A stretch of DNA of 64,000 nucleotides from an uncultured delta proteobacterium (GTDB taxonomy: Bacteria > Desulfobacterota > Binatia > Binatales > Binataceae). Below the pieces are notes generated by a model. That model saw only the letters and a list, made by a program, of their open reading frames with translations. It had not been told where the DNA came from and made no database searches. Positions 41,553-52,798 of the stretch are shown one piece after another (within the stretch, counting starts at the first letter, position 1; the number at the start of each line of letters is the position of its first letter). The stretch is taken from assembly GCA_963724765.1 (NCBI GenBank), contig CAVRVY010000004.1:320001-384000 (forward strand), read 5' to 3'. A program made the translations under genes and the position numbers.

Positions 41553-41583
41553 GAAGAGGGGCCGTTCGTGAACGGCTCTCTTC
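41553..41583 (-). terminator. Stem-loop downstream of the quinone oxidoreductase
   Basis: GAAGAGGGGCCGTT-CGTG-AACGGCTCTCTTC. Confidence 0.4.
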
Positions 41584-41595
41584 CAGCGCCAGAGC

Positions 41596-42576
41596 CTAGG
41601 CGATCCGCAAAACGATCTTGCCGAAATGCTCGCTCGCCGCCATCATGCGATGCGCCTCGGCCACGTCCGCCATCGGAACGACTTTGTAAATCGGCGGGCG
41701 AAGCCGACCGGCTTCGAGCGCCGCGCCGAAACGCGCGAGCAACGCGGCGACGATCTGCGCCTTCTCCTTTTCCGGACGCGTGCGCAGCGTCGAGCCCATC
41801 ACCTTTAAATGACGCCGCAGGACCGCGGTCAAATCAATCTCGGTGCGCGCGCCCTTCATCAGGCCGATCAAAACCAGCCTCCCTCCGTACGCAAGCGCTT
41901 CGAGATTCAGACCCAGGTAGGCCGCGCCGATACTGTCGAGAATGACGTCCACGCCGCGTCCGCTGGTGGCCGTTTTGACCGCGGCAGGGAACGGGCCCGA
42001 GTTGTAATTGATCGCAACGTCTGCGCCGAGCTTGAGGCACTGCTCGCACTTGGTGTCGTTGCCCGCGGTCACGATCGAGCGCACTGCCGCCTCCTTGCAG
42101 AGCAGGATTGACGCCGTGCCGACGCCGCTGCCGCCGCCGTGCACCAGCACCGACTCCCCGGCCCTGGCCTCTGCCAGCATGAAGATGTTGAGGAATGCGG
42201 TGAGGAAGACCTCGGGAAACGCTGCACCCTCCTCGTCGCTCATCGAGGCTGGGACTTTCATCGCCGAGCCGCTATCTATCGCCGCCAACTCGGCATAGCC
42301 GCCGCCCGCCAGCAGAGCCATCGCGCGCTCGCCGACGCGCCATCCACTGACTCCCGCTCCCACCGCGGCGACCTCGCCCGCGCATTCCAGGCCCATGATT
42401 TCCGAGGCGCCCGGCGGCGGCGGATAGAACCCCGCGCGCTGCATCAGGTCGGCGCGGTTCAGTCCCGCATACTTCACCCGGATCAGCAACTGGCCCGGCC
42501 CGGCCTTGGGATCGGCGGCCTCGCCAATTTTGAGCACGCTTTCGTCGCCAGGCTTCTCACAAACTACCGCCTTCAT
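41596..42576 (-). CDS. NAD(P)H-quinone oxidoreductase, PIG3 family
   Basis: GLNRADLMQRAGFYPPPPG, GLECAG, HGGGSGVG, GSTLRTR. Confidence 0.88.
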   Translation of the reverse strand: MKAVVCEKPGDESVLKIGEAADPKAGPGQLLIRVKYAGLNRADLMQRAGFYPPPPGASEIMGLECAGEVAAVGAGVSGWRVGERAMALLAGGGYAELAAIDSGSAMKVPASMSDEEGAAFPEVFLTAFLNIFMLAEARAGESVLVHGGGSGVGTASILLCKEAAVRSIVTAGNDTKCEQCLKLGADVAINYNSGPFPAAVKTATSGRGVDVILDSIGAAYLGLNLEALAYGGRLVLIGLMKGARTEIDLTAVLRRHLKVMGSTLRTRPEKEKAQIVAALLARFGAALEAGRLRPPIYKVVPMADVAEAHRMMAASEHFGKIVLRIA

Positions 42577-42632
42577 CGCTGGAACATCCTCCAATCGCGG
42601 CACTGGCGCAAAGTACGCGCCGCGCACAAACG

Positions 42633-42661
42633 CGGAGAGGGTCCGCGCTGGACCCTCTCCG
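42633..42661 (-). terminator. Intrinsic terminator after the Zn-dependent alcohol dehydrogenase
   Basis: Perfect 12-bp stem CGGAGAGGGTCC/GGACCCTCTCCG; GTTTG follows on the minus strand. Confidence 0.6.
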
Positions 42662-42687
42662 GAAAACGAAACCGCGAACGCCGCGAG

Positions 42688-43743
42688 TCAGATCTTGTAG
42701 TCGATGATTGTCACACCGACGTTCTGGAAGTTGGTCATCTCTTCGAGAATCGCCGAGGCGCCGTCCAATCCGACCGTGCCGGTGATCATCGCCTTCGGAT
42801 TGAGCTTTTTGGCCTCGACCATCTGGAGCATCCCGGGATAGCGCGTCGACTGCATCCCGAGCGTGCCGATCATCTGCAGCTCCATCAGCACCATTTTGTC
42901 GATCGGTATCGCGATTTCGCCCTTCTCGGCCTGCGTGGTGAGTCCGATCTGGAGATGGCGTCCCTGCTTGCGCAGACTGTTGATCGAGTTGCGGCAAGTC
43001 GCGGCAACACCCAGCGCGTCGACCGAGACATGCGCGCCGCCCTTGGTGATATCCACGATCGCCGCCGCCGGATCACCGGCCTTGGCATTGACGATATGAC
43101 TCGCGCCGACCTCCTTCGCCAATTCGAGCTTGCGCCCGTCGAGATCGACCGCGATAACGTTGGCGCCGATCGACGACGCAATCTGGATCGCCGCAAGTCC
43201 GATTCCGCCGCAGCCGTGCACCGCGACCCACTCTCCCGGCCGCACCTGCGCGCGGTCGACGATTCCATGGTACGAGGTCATGAAGCGGCAGCCCAGCGAC
43301 GCGCCTTCGAGAAAGCCCACCGCGTCAGGCATGTGCACCAGGTTAAGATCGGCGAACGGGATACCGACATACGAGCCGTAGCCGCCATGGTAGGTGACGC
43401 CGGGGATGAGCGGGGTGTTGCAGATGTTGGAGTTGCCGCTGCGGCACAGCTCGCAGGTGCCGTCGCCCTGGCTGAACGGGACCAGTACGCGGTCGCCCTT
43501 CTTGAAGTCCTTGACCTCTTTGCCGGTTTCCTGAACCACGCCGCAGAACTCGTGCCCCATGATCATCGGCATCGTCGGTGTAAGTCCGACCCACGTCCAA
43601 TCGCCCGACCACAGATGCCAGTCGGAGCGGCAGATGCCCTCCGCGGCGGTCTTGATAATCGCGCCATTGGGAGGACACTGCGGATCGGGCATGTCCCTGA
43701 CGACCAGTGGCTTGCGAACGCCTTCCATTACGGCAGCTTTCAT
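42688..43743 (-). CDS. Zinc-dependent alcohol dehydrogenase family protein
   Basis: GICRSDWH, GHEFCG, GDGTCELCRSGNSNIC, LGCRFMT, GCGGIG. Confidence 0.9.
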   Translation of the reverse strand: MKAAVMEGVRKPLVVRDMPDPQCPPNGAIIKTAAEGICRSDWHLWSGDWTWVGLTPTMPMIMGHEFCGVVQETGKEVKDFKKGDRVLVPFSQGDGTCELCRSGNSNICNTPLIPGVTYHGGYGSYVGIPFADLNLVHMPDAVGFLEGASLGCRFMTSYHGIVDRAQVRPGEWVAVHGCGGIGLAAIQIASSIGANVIAVDLDGRKLELAKEVGASHIVNAKAGDPAAAIVDITKGGAHVSVDALGVAATCRNSINSLRKQGRHLQIGLTTQAEKGEIAIPIDKMVLMELQMIGTLGMQSTRYPGMLQMVEAKKLNPKAMITGTVGLDGASAILEEMTNFQNVGVTIIDYKI

Positions 43744-43824
43744 TGTGTCCTCCTTGAAGCGGATTCGACGTGTGGTCAACCTTCCGTATAGCGCCGCGCC
43801 TCGTGACTCGCAAACTGTTTCGGA

Positions 43825-44823
43825 TCACGCCGCCAGAGCCGCGAGCGTGCCCCGGTAGCCGGCGAGGTCGGCTGCGTCGACCTCCACGTGATGCAGGTCG
43901 GCGCCCGCCTCGGCTTCGGCCGCCAGCCGCTCGCGCGCTCCAGCTACATCGCCGACGTAGCCCATTTCGTCCAGCAGCCGGCGCGAAACAGCTTCGGTCC
44001 CGGCTTTCGAGCCGCCTGCCGCCCACGCCTCGCGAATCCTGCGCACGTCGTCGCCGAAACCGAAGCGCGTGAGCTGCTCTGCATAAAAGGTGCCCATCCG
44101 CGCCGTGTAAAACGACAGCATGCCGGCCTGGATTGCGCGCGCGCGATCGGGATTGCTGGTCACATGAATCGTGCTCGGAGACTTGACCGCGACGGATTTG
44201 GGATCGCGCCCGGCGCCCTTCGCCACGGCACGAAAATCCGCGATCGAATCCTTGAGCCGCCCGAGCGGAATCATCACGGGCAGCCATCCGTCGGCCTTTT
44301 GCGCGGTGAACTCGACGCTCTTTTTGTTGAGCGACGCGATCCAGATCGGGATGTGCTTGCGCGGCGGCTCGAAGCGCAACGTGAACCCGCGCTTGAGTTT
44401 GAACAGCTTGCCGTCATAATTGAGCGGCTGCCCGGCCATCAGCAGGTTGATGATGTCGACGTACTCGCGCATCCGGCTAAGCGGCGGATCGAACGTGACT
44501 CCGTGGAAGTGCTCGATCACCTGCGGTCCGCTGGTGCCGAGACCAATGATCATGCGAGCACCGCTCAGTTCGTCGAGCGTCGCGAAATGCTGCGCCAGCG
44601 CGCCCGGCGTCCGCGAATAAGTGTTGACGATCCCGGTCGCCAGCCGGATGCGCGTGGTGTGCTCGGCGAGCAGCGTGAGCATGGTAAAGGCGTCGCGGCC
44701 CCACGCCTCGGCGACCCAGATCGAATGCGCGCCCGCCTCGTCGGCAGCCCTGGCGCGCTCGATCAGTCCCTTGAAGTCCGGCTTGCCCTGCCAGTTGATG
44801 CTGAGTGCAATGTTGAAGGCCAT
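43825..44823 (-). CDS. LLM-class (possibly F420-dependent) oxidoreductase
   Basis: WVAEAWGRDAF, TLDELSGARMIIGLGTSGPQVIEHFHG, ADGWLP. Confidence 0.85.
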   Translation of the reverse strand: MAFNIALSINWQGKPDFKGLIERARAADEAGAHSIWVAEAWGRDAFTMLTLLAEHTTRIRLATGIVNTYSRTPGALAQHFATLDELSGARMIIGLGTSGPQVIEHFHGVTFDPPLSRMREYVDIINLLMAGQPLNYDGKLFKLKRGFTLRFEPPRKHIPIWIASLNKKSVEFTAQKADGWLPVMIPLGRLKDSIADFRAVAKGAGRDPKSVAVKSPSTIHVTSNPDRARAIQAGMLSFYTARMGTFYAEQLTRFGFGDDVRRIREAWAAGGSKAGTEAVSRRLLDEMGYVGDVAGARERLAAEAEAGADLHHVEVDAADLAGYRGTLAALAA

Positions 44824-44988
44824 CTTTTCACTAACTCCCGCTGCGATTGCGGCTTCTTCTTGTAGCGCCACGTTAATCGGCAGGCAAACCCACCCGCTTC
44901 GCACACTTTTAGCGGGCGTCCATACCGGGTAAACTGACGGGTGTGGGGATGGGCGGAGCGGCTTCCAAGCCGCGTCTGATCATAAGTA

Positions 44989-45813
44989 TTGGCAGATCTT
45001 GGTAGGTCTCGCGTGTCGACCGACAACGAAGCTGAAAACAAATCTCCGGCTGCGGGCAACATCGCCGGCGACGGCGACAAGCTCGCCGGGCGCAGGGTCG
45101 TAGTCGATTTCAACCTGCTGCGCCGCTATGGCGGGCGCAACTTCCGCGACCTCGGGGGCCATCCCACTAGCGAGGGCAAGCGCGTCCGGAGCACCATGAT
45201 CTTCCGCTCCGCGCACCTGGCCGAGGTTCCCGAGGAAAGCCCGATAAGGTCGGCGGGGCTCCGCACCGTAGTCACGCTGCAGAGCCGCACCGAGATTTCG
45301 ATCCTCGGTCCGCCGCACGCCGACGTGCTGCGCGAGGTGCGATGGGAGCACATCCCGATCGGCGATCGATGGTTTCGCGAGCGCGAGCCGATTAGCCTGA
45401 TACCCGGCCGTGAGCATCACTCGATCCTTCACGACTTTCGCGAGGACTGGCGCACTTTCTTCAACATCCTGGCCGAGCGCGACGTCTATCCACTACTGTT
45501 CCATTGCTCAGCTGGGCGCGACCGCACGGGCGTGGGCGCGGCGATGCTGCTCGAGTTGCTGGGCGTGAGCCGCGAGCGGATCGTCGCCGATTTCCTCGAG
45601 AGCAACGTGGTATTTCCCAAAATGCCGCTGGCGGCGGCGCAACTCGAGCCGGTGTTCGAACTGATCGACGAGTCCGGCGGCGTCGAGGCCTTCATGATCG
45701 AGGGTATCGGCCTGGACCGCGCCGACCTGGCAGCGATTCGCGAAGACCTTCTTGAAGACCTGCTCGAAGATCCAGCGGCGTCCGACGACACGTCCGAAGG
45801 CGACGACGAATAA
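44989..45813 (+). CDS. Tyrosine/lipid phosphatase (PtpB / Y_phosphatase3 family)
   Basis: NFRDLGG, FRSAHL, catalytic HCSAGRDRTG, DFLESN. Confidence 0.88.
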   Translation: MADLGRSRVSTDNEAENKSPAAGNIAGDGDKLAGRRVVVDFNLLRRYGGRNFRDLGGHPTSEGKRVRSTMIFRSAHLAEVPEESPIRSAGLRTVVTLQSRTEISILGPPHADVLREVRWEHIPIGDRWFREREPISLIPGREHHSILHDFREDWRTFFNILAERDVYPLLFHCSAGRDRTGVGAAMLLELLGVSRERIVADFLESNVVFPKMPLAAAQLEPVFELIDESGGVEAFMIEGIGLDRADLAAIREDLLEDLLEDPAASDDTSEGDDE

Positions 45814-45842
45814 TTAGTGCGCGACGCGCCGGCCGCGGGCGT

Positions 45843-46601
45843 CTACCTGCCCTTCCATTGCGGCGCGCGCTTTTCGGCGAATGCGAGCGCGCCCTCGCGT
45901 GCATCCTCGGTATCCTGCAGCCCTTTGTATAGCTCGCGCTCGAGCTTGAGCCCGTCGCCCAGCGGCAGGTCGAGCCCGCGCAACGCTGCCTGCTTGATTT
46001 GCTGCACTCCGAGCGGCGCGCTTTTGCAGATCTCGGCTGCGATTTCCTCGCACTTGGTCATCAACCGGCTCATCGGCACCACGTGGTCGACCAGCCCCAG
46101 GCGCAGCGCCTCCTCGGCGCCGATCCGATTGCCGGTATACAGCATCTCCAGCGCGCGGCCGAGCGGAATCAGCCGCGGCAGGCGCTGCGTGCCGCCGCCC
46201 CCCGGAAGCCATCCCAGACGGACCTCACCGAGGCCGAACTGCGCGTGATCCGCGGCCACCCGGATATCGCAGCAGAGCGCCTGTTCCAGGCCGCCGCCAT
46301 TGGCGTGGCCGTTGATCGCCGCGATGATCGGCTTGGTCAGCTCGAACATCACCGGATACGGCGCGTCGAGCAATTCCTCGTTGGGCTTCTCGACGTAGTT
46401 GGACTTGATATCGCTGCCGGCGCAAAATGCGCGCTCGCCCGCGCCGGTGAAGATCGCGACGCGCAGAGCGGGGTCTTTGCCGAACTCGCGCCAGATTTGC
46501 GAAAGGCGCCCGTAGGTCTCGAAGTCGCAGGCGTTAAGCCGCTCGGGGCGGTTAATCGTGACATAGGCGACCGGTCCCTTCTTTTCGAATAGCACTTTCA
46601 T
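45843..46601 (-). CDS. Enoyl-CoA hydratase/isomerase family protein
   Basis: NRPERLNA, AFCAGSD, GGGLEQALCCD, PGGGGTQRL. Confidence 0.9.
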   Translation of the reverse strand: MKVLFEKKGPVAYVTINRPERLNACDFETYGRLSQIWREFGKDPALRVAIFTGAGERAFCAGSDIKSNYVEKPNEELLDAPYPVMFELTKPIIAAINGHANGGGLEQALCCDIRVAADHAQFGLGEVRLGWLPGGGGTQRLPRLIPLGRALEMLYTGNRIGAEEALRLGLVDHVVPMSRLMTKCEEIAAEICKSAPLGVQQIKQAALRGLDLPLGDGLKLERELYKGLQDTEDAREGALAFAEKRAPQWKGR

Positions 46602-46681
46602 CGGAGAATCCTCCCTGCTCTCTCTCTTTAGCACCAGTTGCGATTTTTGCGATCACGCGCGCGGCGCGCCAGAAATACAAA

Positions 46682-46701
46682 GGGCCGCTCGCGAGCGGCC
46701 C
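46682..46701 (-). terminator. Intrinsic terminator after the acyl-CoA dehydrogenase
   Basis: GGGCCGCTC/GAGCGGCCC dyad followed by TTTGTATTT on the minus strand. Confidence 0.6.
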
Positions 46702-46729
46702 CTACAACTGACACGAAGACAGGAAACTC

Positions 46730-47887
46730 CTAGGCGGGCAGATAGCCGTCGCGCAAGAGTGATTTCGCGATGATCATCCGCTGCACTTCGCTGGTACCTT
46801 CGCCGATTTCGGCCAGCTTCGCATCACGCATGAACCGCTCGACCGGAAACTCCGCCATGTAGCCGTAGCCGCCGTGGATCTGCACCGCCTTGATCGTCGT
46901 CCACATAGCCGTCTCCGAGGCGAACAGCTTCGCCATCGCGGCCTCACGCCCGAATGGCTTGCCCTGATCCCTCAGCCCCGCGGCGCGGCACATCAGCACC
47001 CACGACGCGTTGATACGCGTCGCCATGTCGGCCAGCATCCATTGGATCGCCTGGAAATCCGCGATCCGCTTGCCGAACTGCTTGCGCTCCTTGGCGTAGG
47101 CGGTAGCCTCTTCGAACGCGCCGCGCGCGATTCCAGCGGCGAAGCCTGCGATCCCGATCCGGCCGCCCTCCAGCACCTTGAGCGTCTGGCTATAGCCCTC
47201 GCCCAGTTCGCCGATAAGGTTGCGCGCCGGCACCGTGACGTTGTCGAAAATCACCTCGGCGGTATCCGAGGCGCGAAGCCCCAGTTTTTCGATTCGCCGC
47301 CCGTTGGACAGGCCGGACGTGCCGCGCTCGACGATGAAGGCTGAAACTCCCGAGCGGTTCTTCGCCGCGTCCGTCACCGCCATCACGACGTAAACGTCGC
47401 CAACCGTGCCGTTGGTGATGAACATCTTGGCGCCGTTGATGACGAAGTTGTCGCCCTTGCGCACCGCCCGGGTCTGCATCGCGGCCGCATCGGAGCCCGA
47501 GCCGGGTTCGGTGAGACACCATGCGCCGAGCTTTTTCGCCGCGACCATCTCGGGCAGGTAGTGCGCGCGATGCTCCTCGGCGGCGAACAAATTGATGTGG
47601 CCGCTTGAGAGCGACATGTGCGCCGCGCAGGTGAGCCCGACTGACGCGTCGTAGCGGGACAGTCCCTCGACCACCAGCGCCTGGCTGAGCGTGTCTGCGG
47701 CGCCGCCGCCGAAGCGCTCGGGAAAGGAGATGCCGAGGAAACCCAACTCGCCGAGGTGGCCAATCACCTCGCGCGGGAAAATTTCCTCTTTGTCCCACTT
47801 GGCCGAGTGCGGCTTGATCTCGCGCTCGGCAAACTGGCGCAGCGTCTCGCGAATGGTGCGCTGCTCGTCGCTAAGCTCGAAGTTCAT
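46730..47887 (-). CDS. Acyl-CoA dehydrogenase
   Basis: [45 protein letters not shown]. Confidence 0.92.
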   Translation of the reverse strand: MNFELSDEQRTIRETLRQFAEREIKPHSAKWDKEEIFPREVIGHLGELGFLGISFPERFGGGAADTLSQALVVEGLSRYDASVGLTCAAHMSLSSGHINLFAAEEHRAHYLPEMVAAKKLGAWCLTEPGSGSDAAAMQTRAVRKGDNFVINGAKMFITNGTVGDVYVVMAVTDAAKNRSGVSAFIVERGTSGLSNGRRIEKLGLRASDTAEVIFDNVTVPARNLIGELGEGYSQTLKVLEGGRIGIAGFAAGIARGAFEEATAYAKERKQFGKRIADFQAIQWMLADMATRINASWVLMCRAAGLRDQGKPFGREAAMAKLFASETAMWTTIKAVQIHGGYGYMAEFPVERFMRDAKLAEIGEGTSEVQRMIIAKSLLRDGYLPA

Positions 47888-47924
47888 CGCAGGAGTTTCA
47901 CCGTCGCTCGCTGGACTCGCGCAG

Positions 47925-48329
47925 TCATTCGCGCGGCCACACGCTCTCGCGCAGCCACTTGACGATGTCCTCGGTCGAGGCGCCGGGGGTGAAGACTTCC
48001 TTGACACCCGACTCGCGCAACTTCCTGGCGTCGTCCTCGGGAATGATTCCGCCGCCGAAGACCGCGATATCGGCGGCGCCGCGCTCCTTCAAGAGCCGCA
48101 TCACTTCCGGGAACAGCGTCATGTGCGCGCCCGACAGGATGCTGAGCCCGACCGCGTCAACGTCCTCCTGCACTGCGGCCTCGGCGATCATCTCGGGCGT
48201 CTGATGCAACCCCGTGTAGATCACCTCGAAGCCGGCGTCGCGCAGGGCGCGTGCGATTATCTTGGCACCGCGGTCATGTCCGTCGAGCCCGGGCTTCGCC
48301 ACCAGAATTCTGAGCCGTTTCTCCGCCAC
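47925..48329 (-). CDS. B12-binding small subunit of an acyl-CoA mutase (IcmB-like)
   Basis: [22 protein letters not shown]. Confidence 0.92.
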   Translation of the reverse strand: MAEKRLRILVAKPGLDGHDRGAKIIARALRDAGFEVIYTGLHQTPEMIAEAAVQEDVDAVGLSILSGAHMTLFPEVMRLLKERGAADIAVFGGGIIPEDDARKLRESGVKEVFTPGASTEDIVKWLRESVWPRE

Positions 48330-48330
48330 G

Positions 48331-49968
<1,638 letters not shown>

Positions 49969-49975
49969 GCCTGTT

Positions 49976-51124
49976 TCACCGGTCCTCAAGTACGTGGCTC
50001 GAGATTATCAGCCGTTGAATTTCCGAAGTGCCTTCGTAAATCTCCGTGATCTTGGCGTCACGGAAGTAACGTTCGACCTTGAATTCCTTGGTATAGCCGT
50101 AGCCGCCGTGAACCTGGATTGCCTCGGTCGCCGCCTTCATCGCGGTCTCGGCTGCAAAAAGCTTTGCCATCGCGGATTGCGTCGTGCAAGGCTGGCCGGC
50201 GTCCTTGAGGGTGGCCGCGCGATGCGTCAGCAGGCGCGCCGCGTCGATCTCGACCGCCATGTCCGCGAGCTTCCACTGGATCGCCTGGTAGTTCGCGATC
50301 GGCTTGCCGAAGCTCTTGCGTTCCTGCGAGTAGCGCAACGACGCCTCGAGCGACGCGCGCGCGATGCCGATCGCCTGCGAGGCGATTCCGATCCGTCCGC
50401 CGTCGAGCGTCTTCATCGCGACCTTGAAGCCGTCGCCCTCTTTGCCAATCAGGTTGGTGGCCGGCACGCGCAGATCGCTGAAGGCGAGTTGCGCGCTATG
50501 CGAGCCGCGGATTCCCATTTTCTCTTCGATTCGCACGACCTGGTAGCCGGGATCCGAGGTCTCGGCGATAAAGGCGCTGATGCCGCGATGGCCTTGCGTG
50601 GGATCGGTGTTGGCGAAAACGATCGCTACCCCGGCCTCGGGTCCGTTGGTGATGAAATTCTTGGTCCCGTTGATGACGTAGCTGTCGCCGTCGCGCACGG
50701 CGCGCGTGCGCTGGCCGGCGGCGTCGGAACCGGCCTGCGGCTCGGTCAGCGCGAAGCATCCGATCCATTCAGCCGCCGCCATTTTCGGCAGGTAGCGCTT
50801 GCGCTGATCCTCGTTGCCAAGGCCGAGAATCGGCCATGAAGCGAGCGAGGAATGCGCCGAAAGAATCACCGCCGTGGACGAGCATTCGACCCCGAGTTCC
50901 TCGATCACCAGCGAATAGCTGACGTGATCCAAACCCGCGCCGCCGTACTGCTCGGGGATGAAGATGCCCATCATGCCGAGCCGCCCCAGTTCAGCGATGG
51001 TCTCGGCGGGAAAGCTATGGTTGCGGTCGACTTCAACGCCGACCGTGCTCAGGCGCTCGCGCGCGAAGCGGCGCGCTGTGTCACGCGCCGCGCGCTGGGC
51101 CTCGCTAAGTTCCAGGTCCATCAT
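49976..51124 (-). CDS. Short-chain (butyryl-CoA-type) acyl-CoA dehydrogenase
   Basis: [43 protein letters not shown]. Confidence 0.92.
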   Translation of the reverse strand: MMDLELSEAQRAARDTARRFARERLSTVGVEVDRNHSFPAETIAELGRLGMMGIFIPEQYGGAGLDHVSYSLVIEELGVECSSTAVILSAHSSLASWPILGLGNEDQRKRYLPKMAAAEWIGCFALTEPQAGSDAAGQRTRAVRDGDSYVINGTKNFITNGPEAGVAIVFANTDPTQGHRGISAFIAETSDPGYQVVRIEEKMGIRGSHSAQLAFSDLRVPATNLIGKEGDGFKVAMKTLDGGRIGIASQAIGIARASLEASLRYSQERKSFGKPIANYQAIQWKLADMAVEIDAARLLTHRAATLKDAGQPCTTQSAMAKLFAAETAMKAATEAIQVHGGYGYTKEFKVERYFRDAKITEIYEGTSEIQRLIISSHVLEDR

Positions 51125-51153
51125 TCCAAGTCCATCAATACAGGTCCATCAAC
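51112..51153 (-). repeat. Triple 14-bp tandem repeat over the acyl-CoA dehydrogenase start
   Basis: Plus strand CCAGGTCCATCATT / CCAAGTCCATCAAT / ACAGGTCCATCAAC. Confidence 0.8.
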
Positions 51154-51316
51154 TGTCCGCCACTCGCAACTGCCCATACCTCGAAGCGCCACTGGCGACC
51201 GGCCCGGCACCCTCTCGTATCTTAATAGACCGCGCGCCGCGATAGAAACTCGCCGAGCGGGGCGCGATCGGGCGATTGGACCGTTTGGTTTCCTTCATTC
51301 GCAGCTATTTGCGCGG

Positions 51317-52096
<780 letters not shown>

Positions 52097-52186
52097 TAAC
52101 TCTCCTCCTCGCCGTTGGTGCAGCGTCCGGACGCGCATCGGGCGCTTTGGTGGAAGATTTCTAGCAGGCGCGGCGCGTCCACGCGA

Positions 52187-52789
52187 TCATCCGGCCGATG
52201 GCGACGCGCCGAGCTTCTCGCGCACCATCCAGAGCCGGTCGCCGCCCCAGAATATCTCGCCGTCGATCACGAAGGTCGGTACGCCGAATACGCCGATTTC
52301 CTCGGCCTGGCGGCAAATCCGGTCAAGGGTGATACGACCGTCGCCGGCGACAAAGTCAAAGAAGTCCGCGACCGGCGCGCCAGCCTCCGAGAGCACCGAC
52401 CGAACCGCTGCGCGATCCTCTATGTCCAGCGCGCGTTTCCAGAAGCGCTCGAAGACGATGTCGTTGTACTTGCGAAAGACGTCGTGGCGCTGCGCGTAGA
52501 GCATCCCGATCGCGGCAATCGACGAGTCGAAAAGCCTTTGCGGACCGCGCACGGTCAGTCCGCGACGATTGGCGAGGCGGCGCGCATCCATGTAGCTGTA
52601 GCGCACGCGGCGCCACTGATGGGCGTTGCGGCCCTCGACGGTGCCCAGATACTGCGGAATGTCGAGCGTGTAGGGCAGCCATTCGAGCCGCACGTCGAAC
52701 TCGCGCTCCAACTCCCAGGCCGGCTCCTTGGCGAGGTAGGCGTAGGGACTTTTGTAATCGATATAGACGATGACGCTGCGGGCGCCCAT
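52187..52789 (-). CDS. DsbA-family 2-hydroxychromene-2-carboxylate isomerase-like protein
   Basis: DYKSPYAYL, GVFGVPTF, FWGGDRL. Confidence 0.82.
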   Translation of the reverse strand: MGARSVIVYIDYKSPYAYLAKEPAWELEREFDVRLEWLPYTLDIPQYLGTVEGRNAHQWRRVRYSYMDARRLANRRGLTVRGPQRLFDSSIAAIGMLYAQRHDVFRKYNDIVFERFWKRALDIEDRAAVRSVLSEAGAPVADFFDFVAGDGRITLDRICRQAEEIGVFGVPTFVIDGEIFWGGDRLWMVREKLGASPSAG

Positions 52790-52798
52790 ACGCCGAGC

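Noticed and set aside
45742-45777. EDLL-EDLL-EDPA 12-bp repeat in the phosphatase tail
   Set aside because: In-frame micro-duplication in an acidic tail; no sign of function
51180-51316. Cobalamin riboswitch near the mutase cluster
   Set aside because: No B12 box or GGGAA core found on the coding strand
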